64,000 nucleotides of DNA, from contig NW_027361688.1 in NCBI RefSeq assembly GCF_039654945.1, positions 11,160,001-11,224,000 of the forward strand. Reading direction: 5' to 3'. A program made the position numbers and the translations under genes. The stretch's first letter is position 1. Each line of letters starts with the position of its first letter. The notes beneath the pieces were generated by a model. That model worked only from the letters and a program-made list of their open reading frames with translations. It made no database searches and was not told the origin of the DNA. Below, piece after piece: positions 11,990 through 26,045 of this stretch. This DNA is from Dendrobates tinctorius. Taxonomy: Eukaryota.

Positions 11990-14900
11990 TGTTATGAATG
12001 AGTCACCAGAGGAGGAAAAAACAAAAATAGAAGCTAAGTCCAGAAAACCGGAGAGGTTGGTAGCTAGCGGATTGCAGACCCCTGATCCTATTCACAACAA
12101 CTAACAGTAGCCGTGGAGCGTTCCTACGGTGGTCCTAGACGCCTCGTCACACCCGGAGAACTAAATAAGCCTAAAGAAAGAAAGGGGAACTCTAAACTGC
12201 CCCAGAGCAGACCCCAAAGCAATAGACAGCCCCCAACATGTATTGACGGTGAAAACAGATGAAAATACAAACACAGACAGAAAGACACGCAGAGCAAACG
12301 ATGGGGCCCAACTAACTAGATAGGAAAGGACAGAAAAGATGCTGGCTGCAATCCGCAAAAACCCTACCAAAAATGTCCCAACACGTCTGATAGGAAAAAC
12401 GGCCCTGAAGTCACTAGACTTCAAAATCCCTATATCAGCACTCCGATATATTCTGAAAACAGAGCAAAAGACAATTAACCGATCAGGATCAAAAATGGAA
12501 ATTCAGCAAAGCCCCAGCCGGGGCTGGCTGAACACAAAACTAAGCAAATCAGACAAAATCTCATGGAACAATAACAGAGCAAAAACTTAGCTTTAGAAGA
12601 CAGGAACTGAACTGGAGGCCAGAGCTCAGAGCAGAGAAATCACCAGCAACCCTACAGGGCGTCAGCTGCCTTATATCCACTCAGAGATTCCAGATGTCCA
12701 ATCGCAATCCACCTGTTCAGGTGACAGGTCTCTCCCATCCAAATCGGTTTTACCACCTCCTTTCACCAGCAGAGGGAGTTCATCGGACATCAAAGGTGAA
12801 CGAGAAAATTAGCTCATAACAGTACCTCCCCCTTGAGGAGGGGTCACCGAACCCTCATCCACGCCACCAGGCCGATCAGGATGGGCCCGATGAAAAGCAC
12901 AAACCAATCTTTCGGCATGAATATCGGATGCAGAGACCCAAGAATTAGCCTCCTGGCCATAACCCTTCCACTTAACCAAATACTGGAGTCTCCGTCTAGC
13001 CAGATGAGAATCCAGTATCTTCTCAACCTCATATTTCACATTACCTTCAACCAATACAGGGTCAGGAGGTGCCACCACAGGAACTACTGGCTCAACAAAC
13101 CTCTTCAACAGAGACTTATGAAACACGTTATGGATCTTAAATGTAACAGGAAGAGCCAATCGAAAAGAGACCGGATTAAGAATCTCCAAAATCTTGTAAG
13201 GTCCAATAAATCTAGGTTTAAACTTTGGAGAAGCCACCTTCATAGAGATATTCTTTGATGACAACCAAACCATATCACCCACCTTATGCCGGTTGGAAAA
13301 CCGCTGGGCCTTTTCCTGGGAGAGAGACAACTTATCCACCACTTGGTCCCAAATCTGGTGCATTCTTTCCACCACAGTGTCAACACCTGGGCAGGCAGAA
13401 GACTCCACCTGCCTTGAAGAGAATCGAGGATGAAACCCAAAGTTACAAAAAAAAGGTGACATCAAAGTGGCAGAACTAGCTCTATTATTTAAAGCAAATT
13501 CGGCCAAGGGCAAAAATGAGACCCAATCATCCTGATCAGCAGAGATAAAACATCTCAAATAAGACTCCAAAGTCTGGTTTGTTTTCTCCGTCTGCCCATT
13601 GGTCTGAGGGTGAAACGCAGAGGAGAAGGACAACTGAATTCCCAGCTTGGACAAAAAGTCCTCCAAAATCTAGAAACAAACTGAACTCCTCTGTCAGACA
13701 CAATGTTCTCAGGAATCCCATGCAAGCGAACCACCTGCTGCAAAAACAAGGGCACCAACTCTGAGGAAGATGGCAACTTAGGGAGTGGTACAAGATGGAC
13801 CATCTTAGAGAATCTATCACAAATCACCCAGATAACAGTCATTCTCTGAGAGCCAGGCATATCAGAAATAAAATCCATTGAAATATGGGTCCATGGCCTC
13901 CTGGGCACCGGCAAAGGCATCAACAACCCACTAGAGCGAGAACAACGTTTAGACCGGGAGCAAGTCCCACAGGACTGCACAAAATTCCTGACATCACGAG
14001 ATAAGGCGGGCCACCAAAAAGACCGACTCACCAAATCTCTAGTACCAAAAATACCTGGATGACCAGCCAATGCGGAGCAATGAACTTCAGACATTACTCT
14101 CTTCCTCCACTGGTCAGGAACATACAATTTTCCAATGGGACAACGCTCAGGTTTGTCCTCCTGAAACTCTTCCAGAGCAAGTCTCAAATCGGGCGAGATG
14201 GCAGAAAGAACTACCCCCTCACCTAAGATGGTAGCAGGCTTGGTCACAATAGGAGAATCAGCAAAGAAACTCCTAGATAGGGCGTCTGCCTTGACATTCT
14301 TAGTGCCCGGAAGAAAAGAGACCACAAAATCAAAACGTGTGAAAAACAAGGCCCACCTAGCCTGTCTAGGATTCAAGCGTTTGGTCGACTCAAGGTAAAT
14401 CAAATTCTTGTGGTCAGTGAGGACCACGACTTGATGTCTAGCTCCCTCCAACCAATGTCTCCACTCCTCAAATGCCCATTTCATGGCAAACAGTTCCCGA
14501 TTCCCCACATCATAGTTGCGTTCGGATGGGGAGAACTTTCGAGAAAAGAAAGCACAGGGATTCGTTTTAGATGTTACCGGATCTTTTTGGGACAAAACAA
14601 CTCCTGCACCAATCTCAGAAGCGTCCATCTCTACCAGAAACGGGAGTGAGACATCAGGTTGCCACAAAACCGGAGCAGAAGTGAACCTCCGCTTCAGCTC
14701 CTGAAAGGAAGAAACAGCCTCTGGAGACAAATTCAGCACATCAGCACCCTTCTTAGTCAAATCGGTCAATGGTTTGGGAATACCAGAAAAATTAGCTATA
14801 AATTTACGATAAAAATTAGCAAAACCCAAAAAGTTCTGGAGGGCCTTCAAAGAAGTGGGCTGAACCCAATCATAAATGGCCTGTACCTTGGCCGGGTCCA

Positions 14901-17607
14901 TTTCAATAGTTGACGGAGACAAAATAAATCCCAAAAATGAAATCCTCTGTACACCAAAAAGGCATTTCGATCCCTTAACATACAGGGAATTCTCCCTCAA
15001 AATCAGGAACACAGTCCGAACATGTTCCACATGAGAGTCCCAATCCCTGGAAAAGATCAAAATATCATCCAGATAGATGATCAAAAATTTATCCACAAAG
15101 TCACGGAAAATATTCATGAAGCACTGGAAGACAGAAGGGGCATTAGTGAGCCCAAAAGGAATCACCAGGTACTCAAAATGTCCCTCCGGAGTATTAAACG
15201 CTGTCTTCCATTCATCCCCATGCTTAATGCGAATAAGATTATACGCCCCTGAGGTCAAGCTTGGTAAACCAGCAAGCACCTTTAACTCTGGAGAATAGAT
15301 CAGAAATCAGGGGTAACGGATACTGATATCTAACAGTAATTTTGTTGGAACGATAGTCAATACAAGGCCTTAATGAACCATCTTTCTTGGCCACGAAAAA
15401 AAACCCAGCACCTAAGGGTAAAGAGGATGGTCTAATATGACCCTTCTCCAACGACTCCTTAATATAAGATCGCATAGCCTCGTGCTCGGGTACAGATAAA
15501 TTGAAAAGTCGACCCTTGGGAAATTTACACCCAGGGCTCAACTCAATTGCACAGTCATAACTCCTATGAGGAGGCAAAGACGCAGACTTATTCTCACTAA
15601 ATACATCATAAAAATCAGCCAAATAGTCAGGAACATCATGCGACTGGGGAGAGGTGGAGAAAACAGGAGCGTCACTAAGAGCACACCGACAACCCCAACT
15701 CACCACAGACACAGATTTCCAATCCAAAACTGGATTATGGATTTGCAACCAGGGAAATCCCAGAACAATGGTATCATGCAAATTATGCAACACCAAAAAT
15801 CTGCACTTTTCTTGATGGTCTGGGGCAACCCGCATTACCACCTGGGTCCAAAACTGAGGTTTATTCTTCGCCAAAGGAGTAGCATCAATACCCCTCAAAG
15901 GGATAGGCGTCTGCAGAGGTGTCATAGGAAACCCACAACGTTTAGCAAAATCCAAGTCCATCAGGTTCAGAGCCGCTCCTGAATCCACAAAAGCCTTAGC
16001 GGAAAATGTGGACAGGGAGCAGATCAGAGTAATTGCCAGAAGAAACTTAGGTTGAACACCACCCACAGAAAATGTGTGTGCAAAACCTTTCTCTCGTTTA
16101 GGGCAGACAGAAATAATATGAGAGGCATCTCCACAGAAAAAACACAGCTTATTACACCTTCTGAACTCCTGATGTTGCGTCCTAGAAAAAACTCTACCAC
16201 ATTGCATAGGTTCAGACATTTGTTCAACAGGTGGCAACATTTCTCGTGTAATTTTACGTTCACGTAAACGCCGATCAACCTGAATGGCATGACATAGAAT
16301 CGTCAAGACCAGAGGGAACAGGAAATCCCACCATAGTATCTTTTACGGTTTCTGACAAACCCTTCTGAAAGAGAGCTGCCAAGGCACCATCATTCCAGGT
16401 AGTAAGGACCGCCCACTTTCGGAATTTTTGACAGTACGACTCTGCAGAATCCTGACCCTGGCTCAATGCCAACAGGGCTTTCTCAGCTTGATCAATAGCA
16501 TTAGGTTCATCATACAACAACCCCAAGGCTTGAAAAAATGCGTCCACATTAGTTAGAATAGGATCACCAGGTGTCAAAGATAACGCCCAATCCTGGGGAT
16601 CGCCGCGCAGCAAAGAGATGACAATTTTAACTTGCTGCGCAGAGCTCCCCGATGAGTTAGGCTTCAAGGCAAAGAGGAAAAAATATACATAAAAAAAAAA
16701 AATTCTGACACTTTTTTTTTAACAATTCTTTCCTGCCATTGAGTACCCTAGAATCTGCGGTATGGCTGGTGATTCTGTTATGAATGAGTCACCGGAGGAG
16801 GAAAAAACAAAAATACAAGCTAAGTCCTGAAAACCGGAAAGGTTGGTAGCTAGCGGATTGCAGACCCCAGATCCTATTCACAACAACTAACAGTAGCCGT
16901 GGAGCGTTCCTACGGTGGTCCTAGACGCCTCGTCACAGCCAGAAAACTAAATAAGCCTAAAGAAAGAAAGGGGAACTCTAAACTGCCCCAGAGCAGACCC
17001 CAAAGCAATAGACAGCCCCCAACATGTATTGACGGTGAAAACAGATGAAAACACAAACACAGACAGAAAGACACGCAGAGCAAACGATGGGACCCAACTA
17101 ACTAGATAGGAAAGGACAGAAAAGATGCTGGCTGCAATCCGCAAAAACCCTACCAAAAATGTCCCAACACGTTTGATAGGAAAAACGGCCCTGAAGTCAC
17201 TAGACTTCAAAATCCCTATATCAGCACTCCGATATATTCTGAAGACAGAGCAAAAGAGAATTAACCGATCAGGGACAAAAATGGAAATTCAGCAAAGCCC
17301 CAGCCGGGGCTGGCTGAACACAAAACTAAGCAAATCAGACAAAATCTCATGGAACAATAACAGAGCAAAAACTTAGCTTTAGAAGACAGGAACTGAACTA
17401 GAGGCCAGAGCTCAGAGCAGAGAAATCACCAGCAACCCTACAGGGCGTCGGCTGCCTTATATCCACTCAGAGATTCCAGATGTCCAATCGCAATCCACCT
17501 GTTCAGGTGACAGGTCTCTCCCATCCAAATCAGTTTTACCACCTCCTTTCACCAGCAAAGGGAGTTCATCGGACATCAAAGGTGAACGAGAAAATGAGCT
17601 CATAACA
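11990..17607 (-). mobile_element. Ty3/Gypsy chromovirus (Tf1/sushi-like), two LTRs, frameshifted
   Basis: 832-bp LTRs at 11990-12821 and 16776-17607 (tgttatg...cataaca, ~20 differences by eye). PPT at ~12822-12834, flanking duplication GTTCAC. Gag-PR-RT-RH-INT-chromodomain on the minus strand. Confidence 0.95.
12809..16667 (-). pseudogene. Disrupted gag-pol of the chromovirus
   Basis: Gag core (ISLLRGDPQDWA, QGQDSAESYCQKF), CCHC (CFFCGDASHIISVC), protease (FVDSGA), RT (IYLDDILIFS), RNase H (MDASEIGAG), integrase (MDFI, SDRG, NGQTEK) and chromodomain (YEVEKILDS...QYLVKWKGY). Split over four frameshifted ORFs. Gag N-terminus appears to be missing. Confidence 0.92.
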
Positions 17608-17892
17608 GTTCACTCTTTCCTCAGAGGCCGGCGGTGAGTGGGAAGTACAGCATTGCTGGCTAGGGAAGTGCCCGCTACGATACATTTGAGAATAAAACTG
17701 GAAAAAATAGATTTCTCAGTAATGCCCCAATAAAATTGTACTAGAAAAGTACGAATGTAAAAAGCATTAAAGGGGCTCTACACTCATACCTTTAGTTAGG
17801 GATCAAATTTTCTTCTGGCAGCTCTTCTTTAAAGGGCATCTATCAGTGGAATCAATACTCCTAAGCCGTCAATATATGGACAAGTAGGTCAT

Positions 17893-18922
17893 TGTCACGC
17901 ATGCAGGTGGTGCACATGGTTCATGGACCCACAGTCGGGCTTGCCTAAGAGAAGCATAGCTAAGCGGCTAACTGATTTTCACTGGAGCTTCTAATGGTGG
18001 AGTCAGGCTTGAGCTGCAGGTAGTTGCCAGTTACCACTATTAGGCAGTCTCCGGTACGGCAGCTGCTGAGATTTGCTGACACGGGCTATGCTCAGAGTCA
18101 CACACAGGGCTGGATTCAGTTACTGGAACAGGTTCAGACAGTACGGACTTTGGAACAGTTACCAGAAGAGACACCGATGCGGGTTCACGTATCGCCAGAA
18201 CAGTTTCAGGTTACAAGTACTACCAGAGCGGCTTCATGGTTCAGGTACCATCGGTGAGGCTGCGATGTTAAGGGTACAGGTACCACCAGAAGCCGTGTCA
18301 GTGTTCACGAGCCGCTAGTGCGGCATCAGGCTCAGGGAACGGTGTCATGGATCACGTGCTGCCGGTGCGTCTTCAGGCTCTGGTACCACAGGGAACGGTG
18401 TCATGGATCACGTGCTGCCATTGCAGCTTCGGGGTCAGACACCGCAGGGAGCGGTGTCAAGGTTCATATACTGCTGGTGCAGCTTCAGAGATCAGGTACC
18501 AACGATGCAGTTTCAGGTTCAGGACCTGACCACACAAAAACCTGGGGCTCATATTTAGGCCCTGGCTACGCAAGGGCCAGGGGTTCAGGGATCTGGCCAC
18601 ACCAGGACCAGGGGTGCGGGTTCAAGGGTTCAGGGCCTAGCCACACAAGAACCAAGGGTTCAGGGTAAGGGCCTGGCCACACAAGGACCAGGGGTTCAGG
18701 GCATGGCCACGCCAGGACCGGGTGTTTGGGTTCAAGGCCTGCCCACACAAGGATGAGGGAATCAGGAGAGTGCACATGTACTAGGCGCGTCGCTGGGAAA
18801 TCTATGCGACATATGCAGACCAGACCAGGGTGCTCACCACGCTGCCGGGGTGGTGAGTATGTTGGCGTCCCTTCATTGAGGGGACAGGGGAACCATTCAG
18901 GGGCATCGATATTAGTGTTACA
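17893..18922. mobile_element. Solo LTR nested in the MITE
   Basis: tgtcacg...tgttaca with 5-bp TSD GTCAT (17888-17892 and 18923-18927). Contains internal ~40-bp tandem repeats. Confidence 0.8.
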
Positions 18923-19149
18923 GTCATAGAAAGTTGAATCAAATGATACCTTGATATCTGTAATACAATGAATGGTTCCTGAAAAATCCAAATTTTTTTA
19001 AATATGCAAATTAGCCTAAAAGATCTCTAGGGAAGATCCTTCTCTGCAACAGAGCTCACTTCAGCTCATTTACATATTTGAAAAATGGATGTATTTCTCT
19101 GGAACCGTTCATCGGATTACGTATATCAAGATATCATTTGATCCAAATT

Positions 19150-21307
19150 TTTATGATTTTAAGGGATTCAGAAAGAGAATTGGAGGGATCCAATGGCTGG
19201 ATATCCTTAAAGACAAAAATGTCCAGGAAGGATGGGAAATCTTGAAAAATGAAATTCTCAAAGCACAGTTGTTAACAATTCCAAAAAGAGGGAAGAATAG
19301 GAAGCATTTAAGGAAACCAGGATGGATGAACACAGAACTTAAGCACATGCTAAAAAGGAAGAAAAAAATGTTTATAAAATGGAAAGAGGGAGGCATATCT
19401 AAAGAAGAATATAATGCTGTCTGCAGAACCTGCAGGGCACAAATCAGATTAGCTAAAGCTGAAAATGAATTGAGGCTTGCAAGAGATGTCAAAAGCAATA
19501 TTAAAGGATTTTGGGGATATGTCAAAAGTAAAAGAAAAGTCAAAGATGCTATAGGATTTTGACAGGATGAAAATGATGAAATGGTAAGACAGGATGTTGA
19601 GAAGGCTGAACTTTTAAATTCCTATTTTGCATCTGTTTTCTCTCAGAAAGGAAATGTAACATCAACTGTTCTTCACTGTCCTATTAAGGGAATAGAAGAA
19701 TCCAGGATATCTATAAACAGAAAGATAGTGAGGAAACACTTAGCTAACCTAAATGAATTCAAGTCTCCAGGTCCAGATGAATTACACCCCAGAGTACTGA
19801 AGGAGATAGCAGAAGAAATTTTTGAACCCCTCTCCATAATCTTTGAAAATTCTTGGAGAACAGGAGAAGTGCCAGAAGACTGGAGAAGAGCAAATGTTGT
19901 TCCTGTCTTCAAAAAGGGGAAGAAGGTGGACCCAGGCAACTATAGGCCGGTGAGTCTGACTTCTATACCAGGAAAGATCTTTGAACAAATTATTAAACAA
20001 CATGTATGTCAATACCTGGATAAGAATGAAGTGATTAAACAGAGTCAGCATGGGTTTGTAACTAATAAGTCATGTCAGACTAACTTAATTTCCTTCTATG
20101 ATGGTATCACTGATTGGGTGGATCAAGGAAATGCTGTAGATATAGTATATCTTGACTTCAGCAAAGCATTTGACAAAGTCTCTCATACAATCCTTATTGA
20201 AAAAATGACTAAGTATGGAATGGACAAGGCAACTGTTAGGTGGATTCATAACTGGCTTAGTGATTTGACCCAAAGAGTGGTCGTAAATGGCTGCACATCC
20301 AGTTGGAAGAATGTCTCAAGTGGGGTACCACAGGGCTCTGTCCTGGGCCCTGTATTGTTCAACATCTTTATCAACGATTTAGATAAAGGAATTGAGGGTA
20401 AACTGATTAAATTTACTGATGACACAAAGCTAGGAGGGATAGCTAATACTAGAGAAGAGAGAGAGAGGATTCAAAAAGATTTAAATAAACTGGAGAAGTG
20501 GGCAGCAACTAACAGAATGGTTTTTAACAGGGAGAAATGCAAAGTACTACATCTGGGCAATAAAAATGAGAAAAGCAGATATAGAATGGGAGGAATAGGG
20601 CTAAGTGACAGCACATGTGAAAAAGACTTGGGTATACTAATAGATCACAGACTGAATATGAGTCAACAGTGTGATGCAGCAGCAAAAAAGGCAAATGCAA
20701 TTCTAGGATGTATTAACAGAAGCATACAGTCTAGATCACGTGAAGTCATTATTTCCCTCTACTCCTCTTTGGTCAGACCTCATCTGGAATATTGTGTCCA
20801 GTTTTGGGCACCACATTTTAAAAAAGACATCAACAAACTGGAGCAAGTTCAGAAAAGAGCGACCAGAATGGTGACCGGTATGTAAACCCTGTCTTATGAG
20901 GAAAGGTTGCAGGATTTGGGAATGTTTAGTTTGCCAAAGAGAAGACTGAGAGGAGACTTAATAGCTGTCTACAAATATCTAAAGGGCTGTCACATTGTAG
21001 AAGGATCAACTTTATTCTCATTTGCACAAGGAAAGACGAAGCAATGGGATGAAACTGAATGGGAGGAGACACAGATTAGATATTAGAAAAAACTTTTTGA
21101 CTGTTAGAGTGATCAATGAGTGGAACAGCCTGCCACGAGAAGTGGTGAGTTCTCCTTCAATGGAAGTCTTCAAACAGAGGCTGGACAGACATCTGACTGG
21201 GATGATTTAGCGAATCCTGCTTTGAGCAGGGGGTTGGACCAGATGGCCCAGGAGGTCCCTTCCAACTCTACGATTCTATGATTCTATGATTCTATGATTC
21301 TATGATT
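19150..21307 (+). mobile_element. 5'-truncated CR1 LINE (ORF2 RT region)
   Basis: KSPGPDELHPRVLKE, NYRPVSLTS, YLDFSKAFD, GVPQGSVLGP and KFTDDTKL. In-frame stops at 19560 and 20883, frameshift near 21030. 3' tail of (ATTCTATG)n at ~21273-21307 is typical of CR1. Confidence 0.95.
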
Positions 21308-24300
21308 AAGTCTACTGACAGATGCTCTTTAAGAACCATATAGATGGGCAGATAATTGGAGGATAAGCATTTGTAGGAACACTTGTTCCCGACTGCCTGC
21401 CTAAACAGGTCGGCACTCACCTGACGAACAAGCAAAACTCTCGATCATTGGGTGCAATGATTGTAAGTGGGTTTAAAAATTATTTTTCTCGGCAGCGCAT
21501 TGTCCTGTGTAAACAGGTGATATGCTGTCAATAACGTGATATTCTATGCACACATAACAATTGTATTTTTCTGTTCGCATAGAATTCTGCTTGGCTCGAA
21601 CATAGAGTCCATTAATTGGCTTGTGTATAGCCGATTGGTGGTGGTTTAACATGCACGGTTGGCCGGTATAATTGGGCCCTTACACTAGTCCATCGCCCCG
21701 TAGAGACCATAGCTTTCATCCACCTTGAGTTCTCCCCTTTGCCAGTTTTTGTTGCTACATTTCTTAGTAGTCAGTACTAATCCCCATCACAGTACAAGTA
21801 CAACCTACACAATAAGAAGGTCAGAGCTCCGGTTGACTGGGGAAGAAAATCGCAATGACGGCTGTTGACATAAAGACGATACGCCTGTTAGAAGGGCGAC
21901 CAATTTTTTGTTTGTAGATGGAGACTAATCTTTAAGCCTTGGTGAAGCCACAAGATGAAGAAGCATCAGTTTCATTCGCAAATATTTTCTCATGGCCAGG
22001 TCACGTAACCCTCTGGGATTTATGTTCACGCTTACAATTTTTCATATGTTTTAGTTATCCATTGTGAATATAAGAAGGGTTTGTGATTGTTTGACTTCCA
22101 AGAAAATGTAGGACACGATGTTGTCAAGGAGCATACCTCCAAAAATTTTAAAAAAAGAGGCACCTTATAATTTTCCATTTCAGTCATAAACTATCTCTTT
22201 CACCAATTTTCGGTTGGAAAGAAAATTAAACCATGGGCTTGGCCACTTATTACAATCCAATTTTGTTAGACGGATTTCCAAAGTTGATTACATGTCATCC
22301 CACTCTTGGGATCCCTTGTCATATATAGTAACAAGTGTTACATTTCCCTACAGCACCTCCAGAGGGCAAATTAGGCATTGCATGGTGTTCTTTGAAATCT
22401 ATCAGATTTTTTAGTAAAGCAATCACTGATTGCTGGTGATTTCGGGATTAGGACCAAATATCAACATTACAAACCCCTTAAGACAGAATCGAAAGTAACC
22501 TTTATAATACCCGCCATGCAAACTGAGAATTTTACATGTTTTCAAATGGATGGAATTTGGACAATTTTGTTTTTATCACTACTGCTGTCTTTCACTCTTA
22601 TGATATGGTCACACAACAGCTTTTGTCACTTCTTCTAACCTTTTTCTGGTTTTGGAAGCCTTGAAGTGGCTAGAAGAATTGACCTGTCCATTTCTCTACT
22701 GGCTTCATCTTGGGAAAAAAAGTTGTTGTGTGTACATACACTAGAACTACACATTAGTTGATCTGCAAGTTGTCCCCAAAGTCAGGACTTATTTGCAGAG
22801 TTTCGATGTGTGACCGGACCTGTACATCAGTCCATGTTCCCTACAGGTCTACAGGATAAAGTGGTAGCCCTATAGGGTCCCATGCCATCACCCTAGAGGC
22901 AATGAGATCATTAGGCACTTGTTTATTCTGAGGGAGTCTTATGGAAACTGTGAGAGAAAACCTCTTTGAGCTTTCATGTCCAGTTAAAGGCGCATGGCCA
23001 CTCTTTCTGACGGCTATGAGCCATGGATCCAAAATCCAGCCAAGTAAAAAGATTTACAATTAATTTTTTAGAATTAGTCAGAGTCCCTATGATGTAAATT
23101 AGACTAGAACTTAGAGGAAATCTTCTGCCATGTTTCTTGAAGCCCTAAAGAGGTTATAGCAGAAATGTCTTTATCGGGAAAACCACCAAAATGTAAGGAA
23201 ATTTTTTTTCCTTTCTAAGAATTGAAGAATAACAATCTTGTTGAAATCTCTTAGTCAGAGTATCCCCCTCGTCCAAACCTATTTTTGGCTTATTTCTCTT
23301 TAATGATAGACAATTAGCCGGTAACTCTATATTCTCATCTGCATTCTTTTCTGGGTCAACGAACCAAACATTGTCTCCATTTGGTTCAAGGTTGTCCAGC
23401 AATTATTCACACAAAGACACCATATTAGCTTCTAGGGGTTTTTAGCCGAGATTTAACGAGGACAAACTAGAAGAATGTATTTGGGTTTTATGTGGTTTGG
23501 CTCTAGGAGGTCCCGAAAAAAGGAGGCGCTCGTATTCTCCAGGGCAAGTTACAAATCCAAGGTCTGAACAGCATTGAAAAGGGTTTAAGACTAAAGGTTT
23601 GTGGTGGAGGCAATGACCTTAAAAATTGGGGATCAAATCTCTAGGATTTCTGTAATCTTTTAGTCTTGTTGGGATGTATACCACTGACGTTTGGGCGCCG
23701 GTTGAATAACAACTTTTGATATAGCTTGACTTGACTATGCCCGCAGTATTTGTTCATAGAAGCCAGGTCTATGGAGAAGCCTGGCCTTTACGGGCAAAAA
23801 GCATAAATTATTATATCCATGATCCAGAAGACATGTTCCAATCACTTGGTAATCTAACACCATCTTAGGAACTTTAGGGTTAATTGATGAGCGACACTAA
23901 ATTTGAGACCTCCATTAACTAGTGTGAAGCATTGATGGGAGTCATATACAAGGGTCGTTACGTTAGGAAGGTAGAAGGACGAATCTCTCCCTCCAGTATG
24001 GGTCTTGCAAGTGGCCCATGGGTCTTGCAAGTGGTCCGTGGCCACGATTCACATGTAATCCTGCAGGTAAGGGTTGGGTGTGTCAGTTGTTGTTTTCAAG
24101 TGCAGCAGATTCTGTGTTTTGCCTGGCTGTGTGAGATTGAGCACAGACCAGAGACTTGGGTAAAGTTGTTACCGCACCTAGTGTACATACGGTGGTGCAG
24201 GCGCCCACAGCAACAGACTAACGGACTATATACAAACGTTCCTGACTGCGATCCGGATGATGAAGGTTTGGAACTTCGGTTTGTAAAGTTTCGAAAGTAA

Positions 24301-24433
24301 ATACTTTTTTTTTTTTTTAACTTACCAGAGTCACTGCCTCGCTAACAAACTGACATGAAAGCTGATGCCTTACGTATGCTGGAGAATTGAGGCATACCCC
24401 AAAGAAAACTGCATGTCTGTGATTTCAGACAAG

Positions 24434-25428
24434 ATGGAGGAGCTCATGAAGCAGTTGGTCCTCTCCAGATACTCTACAGTAGCAGACTACCAGCCTGTTG
24501 CTACTATAGATTACGGCCCTGCGAGAGACACCCCCCACCGGCAACCGGAGGCCGAGGACAAGGTTAGGTTGGCACTGAGGAAGATGAGCCCCTAGGATGA
24601 CCTGAAAGCTTTTCTCACCGTATTCGAAACAACAGCGGAGCAGGAGACGCATAGAAGGCATATTTTGACCTCAGCCGGGAGTACACTCAGCACTATGGGA
24701 AACTCAAAGGTGAGAGCCTTGCCCAAATGGGGGTTAATACGTATGAAATGTACAGGAAAAATGAGTGTATCAATGGTCCTTTTGTGGAGGCCCGACCCAC
24801 TAGTCTCAGGCATATGACTTACTGCATCTAGTAAAAAAGTGGATCCAGCATGAGACCTTGATCCCATCCCAGATGATTGAGAGGGTTGTAGTCGACCGGC
24901 TGGAGCGAAAACTGCCAGTAGCCATACAGTACTGGGTGTGGCAATGGGACCCGGGCAACCTTGTTCAGGTGGTTAGCCTGATCAAATGTTATATGGCCAC
25001 CCAGGACTTGGTACTGGACTCTGCCTCACTGCAGGTGTCTCGCTGGCTCCCTCAAGCCCAGGAGCCTGGAAAAGGGACACGACCCTCTGCTGGGCTCAAT
25101 CAAAACCAAGCCCATACTAAGGGGGAGTCCCCAGAATGAGAGTAGAAGGTACCCAATTTCCTCTAAAAACTGGTCTAGTGGACTAGCAGTGCCACCGCTA
25201 TCAGGTGTTAGCGGTGTCAAGGGCCAGAACATGTGGCTGCCAACTGCCCCCTGACTGCTGAACCCAAGGACTGCGGGTTTGCTTCCCAAGTACTGATGTA
25301 TACCCATAACGTTTATACCACTGACGCCAACGCTACATCTAGTGAACCCCATCTGTGTCAGCTGTGCATCAACGGGCATCAAGCGGATGGTCTCTCGGAC
25401 TCAGGAAGCCTAATGACACTCGTTCACG
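24434..25428 (+). pseudogene. Gmr1-like gag with SCAN-like domain and first half of protease
   Basis: MIERVVVDRLERKLPVAIQYWVWQWDPGNLVQVVSLIKCY resembles the SCAN C-terminal half. Protease motif CINGHQADGLSDSGSLMTLVH ends exactly at the LTR insertion. Confidence 0.7.
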
Positions 25429-26045
25429 TGTAGGGTCGGGCTGAGGGAGGCGATGAAGTGGTGCTGATCAAACAGGACTGGGGGGGTGACCCACTTCATG
25501 GTGCCGGCAGACATGAGACTGAGACAAGGGTTGTGTCCAACAGTTAAGATTTTATTGGCCCGCTTTTCGGACGATCACCGTACTTCATCACAGGAATAGT
25601 CCACAATTCACTTTTACACACAGACCCGGGTACCTTCTCTTCTTAGTTTGTCACCGTTCGTGGCGTCCTCTATGGCTCTTCTCCGCTGTGGTTGCCCTAA
25701 GCACTTTCACCACAGTGTTTCACCCTTTAGAGTACGCTGTCCACCTGACACTCACAGTCTGTCTCTGTCCGCAGCCACTGTCCTTTTGGGTCACCCCCCG
25801 TGACCGTCTCCACTGTCAGTAGCTCTCTGTAGGCCTTTTCCGTCTTTCTACCTTCAGCAAACTCTCCTCTCTAGTGAGCTCCCTTGGCTGACTGGACCTT
25901 CCAGAACCTTCCCTGACCTCTTATACTCTCCAGTCCCAGTAGCTCCGCCCACTATCACCTGACAGTAACCTTTAACCAATGGCAGTGACCTTGACCCATG
26001 GCAGGTACATAACCACTCTCTCCTACGCTCCCCACTGCCCTCTAA

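Larger units (their letters stand above)
17833..21328. mobile_element. T2/Kolobok-like palindromic MITE hosting a solo LTR and a CR1
   Basis: TTAA|agggcatctatcagtgga ... tctactgacagatgctct|TTAA. Inner inverted arms at ~18923-19155. Confidence 0.7.

Noticed and set aside
21700-23950. Possible decayed LINE (L1/Tx1) fragments on the minus strand (also ~33960-34420)
   Set aside because: Composition is suggestive, but I could not recover a convincing EN/RT motif by eye. It needs a translated search.
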